A DNA stretch of 64,000 bases from Lama guanicoe (Eukaryota), in the NCBI GenBank assembly GCA_013239625.1, contig MU057354.1:27676459-27740458 (forward strand), read 5' to 3'. Shown one piece after another: positions 1-12,367 of the stretch. Every line of letters starts with the position of its first letter. The stretch's first letter is position 1. The notes under the pieces are model-generated. The model searched no databases, was not told the DNA's origin, and saw nothing but the letters and a program-made list of their open reading frames with translations. The position numbers were made by a program, and so were the translations under genes.

Positions 1-984
1 TTGTTACTGTCGTATATTATCAGTATGGTATTGGGAGTGGCATGTCTTCAAGTTTTAATGGCATTTTATAACTAATTTTGAGCAAGCAGTTAATATTTGG
101 TGTTACTTCTCTGGGTACATGTCCCACCCTGGGAGACTGAGGATTTGTCAGTCTTACCTCTGATTTGCACAGTTTTCTCTAAGCACTGAGAAACGTAGAA
201 TTAAGCATAACAAAAGAGAAATGTGTGGGCTCCTTTAAAACTGGAGGATTGGGTAGGATTATTAAATTCATTTCCATTTTGTTTTTGACATGGACTACTG
301 TTGTCACACTGAGAGCCTCACACACAAGTGTGACATTGCAGGTACTTATGACCAATGAGTCACTTGTTGGGTACGATTTCAAGAGTCAGTTTGTATTATC
401 CTGTGTTTGGGAAGTTCTTTGAATTATTGAGTTAAGACAAGGTTTATGGCCTTTCTATTTGCTGTCTAGCAAGGAGTTTTGAATAATGAACTACATTTTT
501 AATCAAAGATTTCCTTTTACTTGAATCCTTTATTTCCCAGTAGGCCTAACCCAATTTATTATGCTAAGTTCTCCAGGAGGAGTCTGTATAACCTTGGCTT
601 TCTTCTGAGAGGAGATGAACTTTGACTTGGGGGAGCAGCAAGGGAAATAACAGTGTTGACTCTGCGAAGTACTTGAGTTTGGAGTTAGCCATTCGTTTAT
701 CTATCTCTTTATCTCTCCATCAAATACTTTATTTATGGAAATACAAAGCACAAAAGGATTTACAGAGACCTTTCTCATCACTGTAATTTCTTGATAGGGA
801 CAGATGGAAACAGAATCAACTAAAGCTACAACAGAGCTCTGGGAACAGTGCCTGGGATGTTGTAGGTACTCAAGAGATATTTGTCAAATGAATGAATAGA
901 GATACAAAGTGCAACAGGGGCGACAAATAGGGAGTGAGGAATTCTCTTCCGGAATCTGGATTATTGGTCCTCCCTCCTTGCATC

Positions 985-1301
985 CAGATCTTGGCTCAAA
1001 TGTGACATCCTTTTAAAATCCTCTCCCAGCCCACCTGCCCCTGCCAACCCTGCACACAACTTAAATCTATCTTTATCTCCTTACCTCACTATATTTTTCT
1101 TCTTAGGACTTGTCACTATCTGAAAACGTATCAAATATTTATTTGTTTACTGATTTGTCTGTTTCTACCACTAGACAGGGAGCTCCTGAGTGTAGGAATC
1201 TTGCCTGGTTTGCTGCTGTATCCCCAAAGCCTTAGTGCCCAGCCTCTGTACTTGCTCACCAAATACTTGTTGAAAGGATGAGGAAATGAATGAATGAATG
1301 A
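985..1301 (+). mobile_element. LINE-2 3' end
   Basis: L2-like ctcaaatgtgac...tagacagggagctcctgag...aaatacttgttgaa ending in (gaat)n. Confidence 0.75.
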
Positions 1302-2306
1302 TGGCTTCTGGGAACACCATTTGCCACCACAGAAGCCTGAGGACTTCTTTACAGTTCTTTACTGGTTTTCTTTTTGAACATGTGTGAGTGTTTACATATA
1401 CGTAAGACATACATATTTATATTTGTGAATTAGGTGTATGTTTTATTTCCCAACTCACCATGAGGGATGATTGTTTTTGATGAGGTTGTGAAGTAGATAT
1501 CTGTATTAATTCCATTACTGGAAAACTTGCTCCCATGTGCTGGAGTCTAGTGTGTCTGTACTTTGTCGGTTGATCTTTCTACAGGCAGAAATCTCCAGGC
1601 CTCTGGAAACACTGCAGAATTTGTTTGAAGGTTGCTTCTGCTTGGAAGACTTCTGTATTAAAGCATAGATTATTAATTCTCTCCCTGCTGACATCAGTGC
1701 ATCAGTGATACAGTCTTTGCCAAAGATGATCTCATGAATCTGAGGACAAAGGAAATGGTACAACTTGAATTTAACCCAAATCTTGTAGCACTCTTGTGTT
1801 CCTTGATACGAGCCTTGTCTGTCTGTCAGGGTGAAAGATGGGGGCTTTGATTCTTGGCTGTTGTGTGTTGTTCAAGTCATTTTCCTCAAGACTAGTTGCT
1901 ATCAAAAAGAAAAGTTGATATTAAACTTAAGTATTAAAGATGGCTTGCATTCTATTTCGAAACCATTTCACACATTCAATTCCATATTTAAGTCAAAAAA
2001 ACTTAAAGCTTGTTGTTGAAATTTACCTTCAAGCATATTTTTTGGTGGGGAGGAAAAATTTAGATTTATTTCCACCGTTGTTCAGGAAATACCTGTTAAT
2101 TTTTGCATGAAAACTGAGTGAGAAACATAACTCGTTGAAAGGCTGCTTCTATATTCTACCTGTGTGGAAGAAATAAATTTCCAGTCCACAGCTGCCTTGT
2201 ATACCAAATACTGTGTGTGTGTGTGTACTTTTGTTCGTTTTCCTCCGTATAAAGCTTGTATTAGATATTCAGAGGGGTTTGTGATCCCAGAAGTTAAGGT
2301 CACAGT

Positions 2307-2384
2307 CCTAGAGCGTTCCACCCTAGAGCGTTCCACCCTAGCGCGTTCCACCCTAGAGCGTTCCACCCTAGCGCGTTCCACCCT
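2307..2384. repeat. 15-bp minisatellite (CCTAG[A/C]GCGTTCCAC), about 5.2 copies
   Basis: Units start at 2307, 2322, 2337, 2352 and 2367. Confidence 0.95.
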
Positions 2385-2479
2385 TGCACAGATGTCTACT
2401 GTACTGCTTTCAGAGCATTCATTTCCCTCTTCTGGTAACTGTCTCTGATGTCTTTGACTACACTTAGTACATAATATGG

Positions 2480-2860
2480 GAGGCCTGTGGCCTAGCTCTA
2501 ACTGACTTAATTACACTAGGGTATCCATCCTCTGGATGTCCATGACCTTAGTGGTCCAATTGGAGCCAGTTTCAAGTTTTGTTTTGTTTTGTTGTTTGAG
2601 ATATTGAGGAAGGAAGCAATATTCTACTGGACTTGGAGCTACAAAGATAGAAGCCTGGAAGTGCTGCTGCCACCTGAAGGGGAGCCCTACTGAACCTGAC
2701 CGTGAAGCCCACACAGTTGATAGCAGAGCCAAGGGGTCAAGAACTACTTCCTGACACTGTCTAATCATGTCTGATTTTAAGTTATGTGAAACAACCTGTT
2801 GTTTTGCTTAAAGCTACTTGAGTTTTTTTTTGGGGGGGGGTCACTTGCAAAGAAGAGTCA
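2480..2860 (+). mobile_element. Old MaLR solo LTR (MLT1J/K/L-like)
   Basis: Degenerate MLT1-like motifs (gaagcctggaagtgctgctgccac; gcagagccaag; ttgcttaaagctacttgagtt...tcacttgcaa). Boundaries are approximate. Confidence 0.5.
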
Positions 2861-3319
2861 GGACTACTATGTGACAAGGCTTCCCTAATTATAAATAAAC
2901 ATAGAACTATAAATTATAAGCAATAATAAAGTAGGGAACTTTTTAGTCTTAGTAACTGAAGCTTTGGCACCGAGGGATTGTCAGACTGATATGTATCACC
3001 AGTCATTATGTCATTATTGACAAAGGTCGAGTTTGCTGTTTTGCTGCAAACACACTTTTGTCTCTGAATTAGCCAGTGGCATGCTGGTAAGACAGGTCTG
3101 GGAGATTGGAGTAGTCAATCAGGTGGGGAAGATACAGCAGCTACCCAGAACAACCCTGGGAGTAGGAACCATTTACTGCAGAAAGGCTGACCTAAAGGTA
3201 AGCTAGCTGATGGTGATGTCCAAGAACCCCTGGATGAAAAGAGAATGAAGAGGGGGGAACACAGAATATGGGGGGGAGGTCCAAGGAAAAATAAAAAATC
3301 AGGTGTCTAGTCATAAGAG

Positions 3320-3640
3320 GATGGAGCAGATAAATTATGGTATATTCTTATATGAAATACCTAGTAGCCTTCAAGAATTGTATTTTAAATGTTTATTTAT
3401 ATTTATGGAAAGATTCATAATATATTGCCTGGCAAGAAAAGCATGACATTTTAGAAGAGTATGGTTCCTTTTTTCCCCTAATATATGAATATGTATAAAT
3501 ATTAATAAAACATTCTTAAAAATACCTCTGAGAATGCAAAAAGATTATCTCTGGGGGTAGGATTAGAATGATTTACCTTTTTAAAAATTTGGCTTGTTCA
3601 TGTTCTAATTTTTCTATAATGAATATGAATTACTGGCATA
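3320..3640 (+). mobile_element. Ancient L1M 3' UTR remnant
   Basis: ataaattatggtatattc...gattatctctgggggtaggattag...ttttctataatgaatatg. Confidence 0.55.
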
Positions 3641-4170
3641 AAAAGCAGAAGCAAAAGGTAGCTCCCAAGACAGAAAATTATTAGTATTGCAGGCAGGCAG
3701 ACAAGGCATTTCTTGGTGTCAGAGAAATGTAGAGGAGGGAATTAAGACTTATAAAAACATTTTTCTAACTTTTGGAAGTAATAAAAGACCAAACTCAACA
3801 TATGAGGAATAATCATAAAAGAAAAGGCAGATCGTGGGGTGCAGTTTTAAAGGTTCAGCATGACAAAGGTTGACCACGATTTTAACCTTCCCTTGGCAGT
3901 AGTTTATAATTCAGCTTTTTAGGTAGGTTTTTCTTCAATGGGGATGTATCTTAGTGTTGCTGAAATAAATATGTTCCATTGTCCCATAAAGAGACCTCCT
4001 TGTCCATCTGATAGAAATGTGTTGATAATCACAGAGCAGGTAAACAGCAGATGCTCAGAAAAACACCGCTTTCTTTCCTATCTTGTTCCCATTTTCTAAG
4101 ACAGACGTTCATCCTTTCTCCTCTGTTCTAATGCAACAGCCTCCTAGTTGTGTTTTCTGATTCCAATCTT

Positions 4171-6055
4171 AAAAAAAAAATAAGTTACAGGTGTACAACA
4201 TAGTGACTCACATTTTTAAAGGTTGTACTCCATTGAAAGTTATTATAAAATACTGGCTATATTCCCTGTGCTGTACAATGTATCCTTGTAGCTTATTTAT
4301 TTTATACATAATAGTTAACACCTCTTAATCTCTCACCCCATCTTGCCCCTCCCTTCCTTCCCTCTCCCCACTGGTAACCACTAGTTTGTCCTCTGTATCT
4401 GTGAGTCTTTCTTTTTTGTTACATTTACTACTNNNNNNNNNNNNNNNNNNNNNNNNNNNNNNNNNNNNNNNNNNNNNNNNNNNNNNNNNNNNNNNNNNNN
4501 NNNNNNNNNNNNNNNNNNNNNNNNNNNNNNNNNNNNNNNNNNNNNNNNNNNNNNNNNNNNNNNNNNNNNNNNNNNNNNNNNNNNNNNNNNNNNNNNNNNN
4601 NNNNNNNNNNNNNNNNNNNNNNNNNNNNNNNNNNNNNNNNNNNNNNNNNNNNNNNNNNNNNNNNNNNNNNNNNNNNNNNNNNNNNNNNNNNNNNNNNNNN
4701 ACTGCTATGAACATTGGGGTGCATGTATTTTTTCAAATTAGTGATTTTTTCCCAATATATACCCAGGAGTGGAATTACTGGGTCATGTGGTAGTTCCATT
4801 TTAGTTTTCTGAGAAACCTCCATACTGTTTTCCACAGTGGTTGCACCTGTTTATANNNNNNNNNNNNNNNNNNNNNNNNNNNNNNNNNNNNNNNNNNNNN
4901 NNNNNNNNNNNNNNNNNNNNNNNNNNNNNNNNNNNNNNNNNNNNNNNNNNNNNNNNNNNNNNNNNNNNNNNNNNNNNNNNNNNNNNNTTTTTTATGTGCA
5001 AAAGCTTTTAAGTTTAATTAGGTCCCATTAGTTTATTTTTGCTTTTATTTCCCTTGCTTTAGGGGACAGAGCCAAAAAATATTGCTGTGTTTTATGTCAA
5101 AGAGTGTTATGCCTGTGTTTTTTCCTAGGAGTTTTATGGTTCTGGTCTTACATTTAGGTCTTTAATCTATTCTGAGTTTTTGTATATGGTGTTAGAGAAT
5201 GTTCTAATTTCATTTTTTTTTCTTACATGTAGCTGTCTGGTTTTTCAGCTCTGCTTATAGAAGAAACTGTCTTTTCCCCATTGTATATTCTTTCCTCCTT
5301 TAGTATAGATTACACTTGATCTTAGCCAAAAGGCTGAGGAAGCTATCTTTTAGTATNNNNNNNNNNNNNNNNNNNNNNNNNNNNNNNNNNNNNNNNNNNN
5401 NNNNNNNNNNNNNNNNNNNNNNNNNNNNNNNNNNNNNNNNNNNNNNNNNNNNNNNNNNNNNNNNNNNNNNNNNNNNNNNNNNNNNGCACGTGATTCCTCC
5501 AGCTCTGTTCTTCTTTTTTCAAGATTGTTTTGGTGATTTGGGGTTGTTTGTGTTTACATACAAATTTTAAAATTATTCTACTTNNNNNNNNNNNNNNNNN
5601 NNNNNNNNNNNNNNNNNNNNNNNNNNNNNNNNNNNNNNNNNNNNNNNNNNNNNNNNNNNNNNNNNNNNNNNNNNNNNNNNNNNNNNNNNNNNNNNNNNNN
5701 NNNNNNNNNNNNNNNNNNNTTTAATTTCTCGCATCAGTGTCTTATAGTTTTTGGAGTGCAGGTCTTTTACNNNNNNNNNNNNNNNNNNNNNNNNNNNNNN
5801 NNNNNNNNNNNNNNNNNNNNNNNNNNNNNNNNNNNNNNNNNNNNNNNNNNNNNNNNNNNNNNNNNNNNNNNNNNNNNNNNNNNNNNNNNNNNNNNNNNNN
5901 NNNNNNNNNNNNNNNNNNNNNNNNNNNNNNNNNNNNNNNNNNTCTGGTGGCATCTTTAGGATTTTCTATGAATAGTATCATGTCATCTGCAAACAGTGAC
6001 AGTTTTACTTCTTTCCAATTTGGATCCCTTTTATTTATTTTTTTTTCTTGTCTTC
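4171..6055 (-). mobile_element. 5'-truncated, gapped LINE-1 with ORF2 remnants
   Basis: Minus-strand ORF2-like peptides MILFIENPKDATR, VKDLHSKNYKTLMREIK and MENSMEVSQKTKMELPHDPVIPLLGIY, plus an L1 3' UTR. Probable TSD tctgattccaatctt (4156-4170) / tctggttccattctt (6056-6070), 13/15 identical. Confidence 0.92.
5311..5346 (-). pseudogene. 3'-truncated U2 snRNA retrocopy (about nt 1-35)
   Basis: Reverse complement ATAGCTTCCTCAGCCTTTTGGCTAAGATCAAGTGTA versus the U2 5' end ATCGCTTCTCGGCCTTTTGGCTAAGATCAAGTGTA. Confidence 0.9.
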
Positions 6056-6088
6056 TCTGGTTCCATTCTTTTTACTTCTTAAGGACAT

Positions 6089-6541
6089 CATATTAGTTTC
6101 TTCTCACTGCTGTAAGAAATTACAACAAACTTGCTGGCTTTAACATACACAGATATGTTATCATTCAATAGTCTGAAACATGTCTCCCTGAGTATCTTTC
6201 TGGAGGCTCCAGGGGAGAAATTTGTTGCCTTTTACAGCCTTTGGAGGCAGCCCACATTCCTTGGCTCATGGATCTCTTCCTTCATCATCCAGACAACAAA
6301 AAATGGTTGAGTTCTTCTCATGCTACCATTTTCCTGATTCTCTCTTCTGTTTTGCTCTTCCATTTCTAAGGCCCTTGTGATTACATTAGATCCATCTGGA
6401 TAATCTAGAATAGTCTGTTTTCAGGTCATTTATTTAGCAACTTTAATTCCACCTGCAACCTTGATGCCCCTTTGCCATGCACACAGGCTCCAGGGATTAG
6501 GACAGAGACATCTTTGAGGGGGCATTATTCTGCCTCCCATA
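6089..6541 (-). mobile_element. MLT1 (MLT1D-like) solo LTR
   Basis: tattagtttc...ggggcattattctgcctcccata, with a perfect 5-bp TSD GACAT at 6084-6088 and 6542-6546. Confidence 0.85.
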
Positions 6542-6989
6542 GACATCATCCATATAGCTACCAGAATTAGCTGTCTAGTGTACACACCTGGCTAGAACTC
6601 TATCCTGATTAAAACCCCTCTGAGCCTTTTAATCGTCTTTATATACAAGGTTTATTACCCTCTGGCTTTATTTTTATCTCAGTCTTCATCTCCCCCTTGC
6701 CTGTCAGTTTATGTATGCTTAGGTGGTACTAAACTTATCATCATTTCTCCCCTTACCTTGTATGTGCGCATGTGCACGCGTGCACACACACACACACAAA
6801 CACATGCACATTGCTGTTTCACAACCCTGTGTGTTTGCTGATGCTGGTTCCTTTGCTGTTTATTCATCTAGTTCCCATTCATCTGTCTTCCTCCTACTTT
6901 ACTTTGCTGGCTCCTCTTCATCTCCTGATTTCTAAAAGTTTGAGCTGTTCACTACTTGTTCATAACCTTCATCTCTGTCCTCCATCTGT

Positions 6990-7220
6990 CATCTTAGATG
7001 ATCTCATCCATTCTCATGACTTCAAGCACCTGGTGATTCTCAAATTTATACGTCCAGCACCAGATCTGTCCCTTGACTTGCATATACAACTGGCTACCAA
7101 ACACCTTTACTTGGGGGTCCTATATTCACTGTAGACATTTGATGTTTAAGTTAGATTTCCTCTTGATTCTACATCACCCCAAATTGTTGAATTCATTCAC
7201 TTATTTGTTGAATGAATGTC
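6990..7220 (+). mobile_element. LINE-2 fragment
   Basis: gatctcatccattctcatgacttcaa...gattctcaaatttatacgtccagc...catatacaactggctacc. Confidence 0.55.
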
Positions 7221-7324
7221 CATTACTCTGTTCAGCAATACAACCAGGTAACTTATGGATTGATGACTACATGCCAGAAAAACTTGGAAAAGTTTTCATC
7301 TTCAGGACCTCCTCACAAAGTCGA

Positions 7325-7470
7325 TAGTATTCTTATTTCCATTTTACAGATGAAGAAATTGAAGCCCAGAAAGGTTATGACATCTGCCTCATTTACAGAG
7401 CAGGGAGTGGTTGAGCTGGGATTTGAACTTTTACAGTCTGACTGCAGATTTCCTGCTCTCAGCTATTAGG
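7325..7470 (-). mobile_element. MIR SINE
   Basis: MIR core ccattttacagatgaagaaattgaagcccagaaaggtta...gagctgggatttgaac. Confidence 0.8.
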
Positions 7471-10279
7471 TTAGACAGCTAACCAGTCTCAGACTTGTTT
7501 CTAGTAAACTCCTCTCAGACCTCCAGGCTGAGTTAGGAGCACTTCCTCTGGGTTCCCTCAGCCCTCTGTGCTGACTTCCAGCTTGGTAGTTCATATGTGG
7601 TATTTAAATCTGTGTTTTTCTCCTGTCTCCCTCTGGAGAACATACACGGACGTACTCATTTTTGTTCCCTCAGCATCCAGTACAGAGCCTGGCACCATAA
7701 GCGTTGTACACCTTGTTGTTGGACCAAATGCTTCTGGTTTGCTTCATTCTCATTGCATAACTCATGTTCCCGTAGCAGTGGGCTCTCTCAGAATCTTCTG
7801 CTCAAGGTGTCACTCTGCCCTTTGTTCAGGCGCAGTGTCATCACTCTTTATTGCCAAGGTCACTAGCAACGTCCTTATTCTGACAGCACCTGAAATTCTC
7901 CTCTGAGAAGCCGTCCATCCGTAACTAATCACAAGAAGCAAAGGGACCATTTTCCTAGTTCCATACTCGCTAACAGGAAACTTCTGTGTTTCTGCTTTAT
8001 TCATAACCTCTGCTCTGTAGGCAGTGTCAATATTTAATTTCTTGTCTGTCCTATTTATATATTCATTCTCGGTTCTCTCCTTAGCTATCTGTGTTCCATA
8101 TTGAGTAGTGTCACCTTAGGTTGTGAGCTGCTTCTCTGAGCCCTGGTAGCTTTGTTGATTAGAGTAAGGAGGTCAGAGCCATAAAAGAAGCGTTTTGCTT
8201 GGCCTCATCTGTTTTAACATTATCTGTCTAACCTAAGCCAGCTACTCTGCAAGTTATTAGCCACATGGGGACCGAGCAAGAGAGAGATACTAGTCTCTCA
8301 CCTATGAGGCGACAACCTCAAAGCACATATCCTGTTGGAAGTGAGATGAAAGAGTCAGTAGAGTGGTTACGAGAAAGGACTTTGGAAGATGGAGGCCTGA
8401 TTTCAAGTCTTAGCTTCAATAAAATACTAGCTGCTTTACCCAAAGCAGATACTTCAATGAATTTTTTCCCTTGGCTTTAAAGTTGGCCAAGGGTTCTTAA
8501 TGTTCAAAATGAGAATATTTAGCATATATTTAATAGTCATACACAGTTTCAAAAGAAAGAGCGTGCCCAGGGCCCTACCTAGTGCCATGTGTAGAGAAGT
8601 ACAGAAATGCTTTATAAATTCTTACTGGTGGTGACAAAACTAATGTTAGAAAAAAGTGGACTAATTATTTATATTCTGTTCTTTCTACTCATTCTGGCAT
8701 GCTGGTAGAGAATGGCCCTTGTGAGTTTTTAATTATGTAGAAAGTTATTAGGATAACAAGGGAATATTCCAACTAGTTGGGCCACAAATTGTGGGAACTA
8801 TGGTACCAAACTCATTCATAGGCACATAGGCAATGTATCAAGAAACTCAAACCACTGTCTTATTACCTTTCTCTTTTTAAATAATGCCACGTGGCTTGAA
8901 TTGCACTTTGTAGTAAGCTGTATTGATTTCCACTGCTCTGGTTGATGGCACAGAGTCAAGCAACCATTCCAGGGATCCAAAACCTCTCTTCCCCAAATCT
9001 CTTACTTCTGGACCTTACCACTAGATGACAGTTCCTTTCTGTGTTTTGGCTAATGAGTGAGGGTAACACCTTGAGTTAATTGTGCAGTTTTCTCCTTCTA
9101 GGCATCCTAGTAAGATCGAGAGGGAATTTATTTATAGCTTCTGAACACCCTAACGCAATTATTGGGATGCATGCAGTTAAATGCTTGTGCCAAACAAATG
9201 GAAAAGAAGTTTCAGTTGAAGCATTTAACTGTCACAACTTAATTATCTAGTATTTGGTATGTTTTCTAAAGTTCTTGAAAATCAAGCTGTCACTTCTTTA
9301 TAAAGATTCAAAATTAACACATTAATAGGAATTTGACCTTCCTTGAAAACCATGTTGACAAAAATGATTATAAGACTACATTCTTCATTAAGACTACAAT
9401 TAATACATTTTTGAACTGCTATCAGTCTTTTTGTTTGTAGAAATGAATAATTTCTCTTAAAAGTTAAATCTCACTCAAGCAAAGTTAATCCTTACACAGT
9501 GCTGTCTGTCCACACTGTATAGGATAGATGGGAAGGGCAGGAAGACACTGAAGTTATTTTGACACAAAAATTGAGATGGTGATTCTTGCATGTTATCCAG
9601 TTCCTTCAAACGATTTTTTCTTTTTGATGACCTTAGTTATACCTGTCATGGTGCTAGGGCCGTGGAGAGATAGAAAAGAGGAATATATACTGAAGACAGA
9701 GGGTAGAGGGTGGGGTCATTTGGGTGAAGCTTATCTACTGAGATGATGAAACCAAAGCACCATGGGACTCCTAATAATTTGTGGGTCTTTGAGAATATTC
9801 AAGGGCATTTTGAGACCTTTAAGCCAAGGTAATGCCTGGGTCGCACCACATATAGAAAATTTACCTATGATATGTAAGGCTTAGAGTTGTCATTTGGATG
9901 AAATTCTAGAGCAAGACTCAAACATTGCAATTTAACCTAAGAGTGAAAATGTTAGTGGGAGCAGTAGTGGCAATTTGGTCATGCATTTGGTGTTGCCTTT
10001 TTAGTATTTCCATTCTCGTATAAAATCACATGCTTGAATTAAATCTTGGTCTGGGTGTTAAGCCTCAAAATGCTTTATAAGAAACTTCCACAACAATCTA
10101 GTTAGCGCCATTGTCTGTGTTTTGCACCAGAATGTGTTGCTTGCTTCTCACGCTGCCATGCTTTCTTTTGTGTGTGTGATTCTCATGCTTCTAAGGGTCT
10201 GAGCAGATAGTCTTCAGTTGCTTACTGTGTAAAATGGTGATGATAAGATCTACCTAATAGAAGTATTATATGGATTAAA

Positions 10280-10655
10280 AAAGCTTGCTGTCTCCTAAAT
10301 TTAGCTTCAAGTGACAGTGCCTTAAACAGGTTAGAAGTTCATTTCTCTTTCGCCTAAGCAAGGTCCACAGATGGTTGAGTTTGGGGCCATTGTGTTGGCT
10401 TCTCCATCATCAGGGATTCAAGTTTCTTCTGTTCTACTGCATCACCATCCTCAGTGCAACTTCAAAGCTGCCCATAATACTTGCACTTCGTCTCCTTGGC
10501 CAGTCCACTCTTAATCACGTGGTCTCATCTGCTTGTTGGGGGTGCTGAGAAACGCCATCCTTCTTCTGGGACAGCCAGTTGCCTGACTAATAATTGGTGG
10601 TTCTACTCCTAAGGGAGAAGGAGAGAATAGATGCTGGGGGCAGCTAGCCGTAGGT
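10280..10655 (-). mobile_element. MLT1J-like solo LTR
   Basis: cagtgccttaaacaggttagaagttcatttctc...gggagaaggagagaatagatgctgggggcagctagc. Confidence 0.6.
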
Positions 10656-12171
10656 CTGATCTCAGATGTTCAATTGCTTATTCCCATCCCGTCCTCTTCT
10701 CTTTTCCCTCCTTTCAGCTTTTTATACCTGGAATGAGTCTTCATGTTTAGACTGGAAAGGGTTAAGACCAAGAAGAGCGCTTTTTGGCAGTAAGGGAGGA
10801 ATTCCTGTGGCCAGTTTCAGCTGATTGGTGGTTGTGGAAGAAAATCTTGGCATAGATTAGTATCAAATCATGTGTTGTGCAAAGAATGTTCTCTGTGGAC
10901 ACAAACTGATGTATTAGCATTTGCATTTAAGTACCTAATTATATTCTCAGCACTGAAACATGTGGAAAACAAACACTTTCCAAAATTACTTCAGAAACTA
11001 TTTAGCACTGCATAGACCCATTGTAATTAATAGACGAAAAAGGGATTCTTCTCCAGGATATTTGAGTGTGTAATTATAGTTTTCCTGTGCACATATGTTT
11101 TGTGTTCTCTTCTTAGGGAAATTTCAAGGTTAGGCTTATGGCTTCCTTTCTTGGTTTTGCTTTATTTTCTTCTAACGTCCTATGATGCAATGGTTATGTT
11201 CCCTTCTCTTTACTTGAAGTGAATGAGTCAGAATGTCTCACCTTGAAGATAAAGAAGAATTATCTGAAAGCTCTGTTAGGCTTACACAATAATTGGTGTT
11301 TTATCCTGTATTCTTGTGAGCCTTTTGCAATAATGGAAAATCATGGGAAAAGTCGGACATTCTATGACCAGAGTCATGATTCAGAGTCTGTAAGACCACT
11401 GTGGAAACTCTATGGGTGCAGGGACTTTTTCTGCCTCAATCCTGGCTGTATTTCTAGAATGTGCTTGGTACGTGGTAGGCTGTCAATACACATATATTGT
11501 CTAAATGAGCCAGTCAAACAATTGAATTGCCAACGGTAGTGGGTGATGTGACTTAGCAGCCCATGGATAAAAGATACAGGGGTTTTCATCTTCTAGAACT
11601 TAATAGGAGTCAAGTTGTGACTTTCAAAAAGTTAATGACACATTTAATGCTAGAAGGAATTTGCTGATTTTGGGGGGTAAAGTGAGGTTAAGAACTAAAG
11701 TAGAGTATGTGCTCTGCCTGGTTGAATCTCACAGGAAGCACAGGATTTAGTTCTCAGTACCATCCCTGTGAGGGACATTGACACACAGGCATCGGAGTAC
11801 AACTTAATTATGAATCTCATATTGAAGTGGACTTCACAGGCTATTCCAGTTCTCCTCCCCATTCTTGGATCCTCTCAGCAACACCCCTAATAGGTGAGAG
11901 TCCAACCTCTGTATGTTCCCACAGTGATGGGCAGCTCAGTTCAGTTTGAGAACACCCCTCCATTTTCCAGAACATTCTTCCTTCATGCTTTGGGAAAAGG
12001 TGAGTGTGACTGGGAGAATAAATGAGTGTCAAAATAATGTCTAATCAGGGCCAACTTTAAGGAGAGCACCTTCTACTCTTTTGAAGCGCTGTCATGTGAA
12101 AGAGCAGTTGTTTTTCGTATGAGCTTAGTGGAAGAACTGGACTGAGACATTGGCCAGATACCACTGCTGAA

Positions 12172-12367
12172 GTAGAAATTCTTAACCTCGAGTTTGAGGA
12201 CCTCAGAGGTGGATTTTGGGGTGGATTATAAGGAAACATCAGTACATTCTATGAATGTATTTACAAGACTTTGTGCTTTTTTTTTTTTTTTACCTCTGGG
12301 AGAGAATTCAAAGCTTTCATCAGTTTCAAAGGAAGTTCTTAGTCCCAGAGATACGAAAGTCTTCTAT
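12172..12367. mobile_element. hAT-Charlie-type MITE remnant
   Basis: ttcttaacct...ctctgggagagaattcaaagctttcatcagtttcaaagg. Subfamily not determined. Confidence 0.45.

Noticed and set aside
2082-2448. ORFs with repeated ERSRV/LERST peptides
   Set aside because: These are translations of the 15-bp minisatellite. It is not a CRISPR array either, since there are no spacers and the DNA is eukaryotic.
4325-6096. Long ORFs containing X runs, here and at 18.3, 32.5, 34.4 and 37.5 kb
   Set aside because: Artefacts of N-gaps; the real residues are L1 ORF2 remnants or noise.
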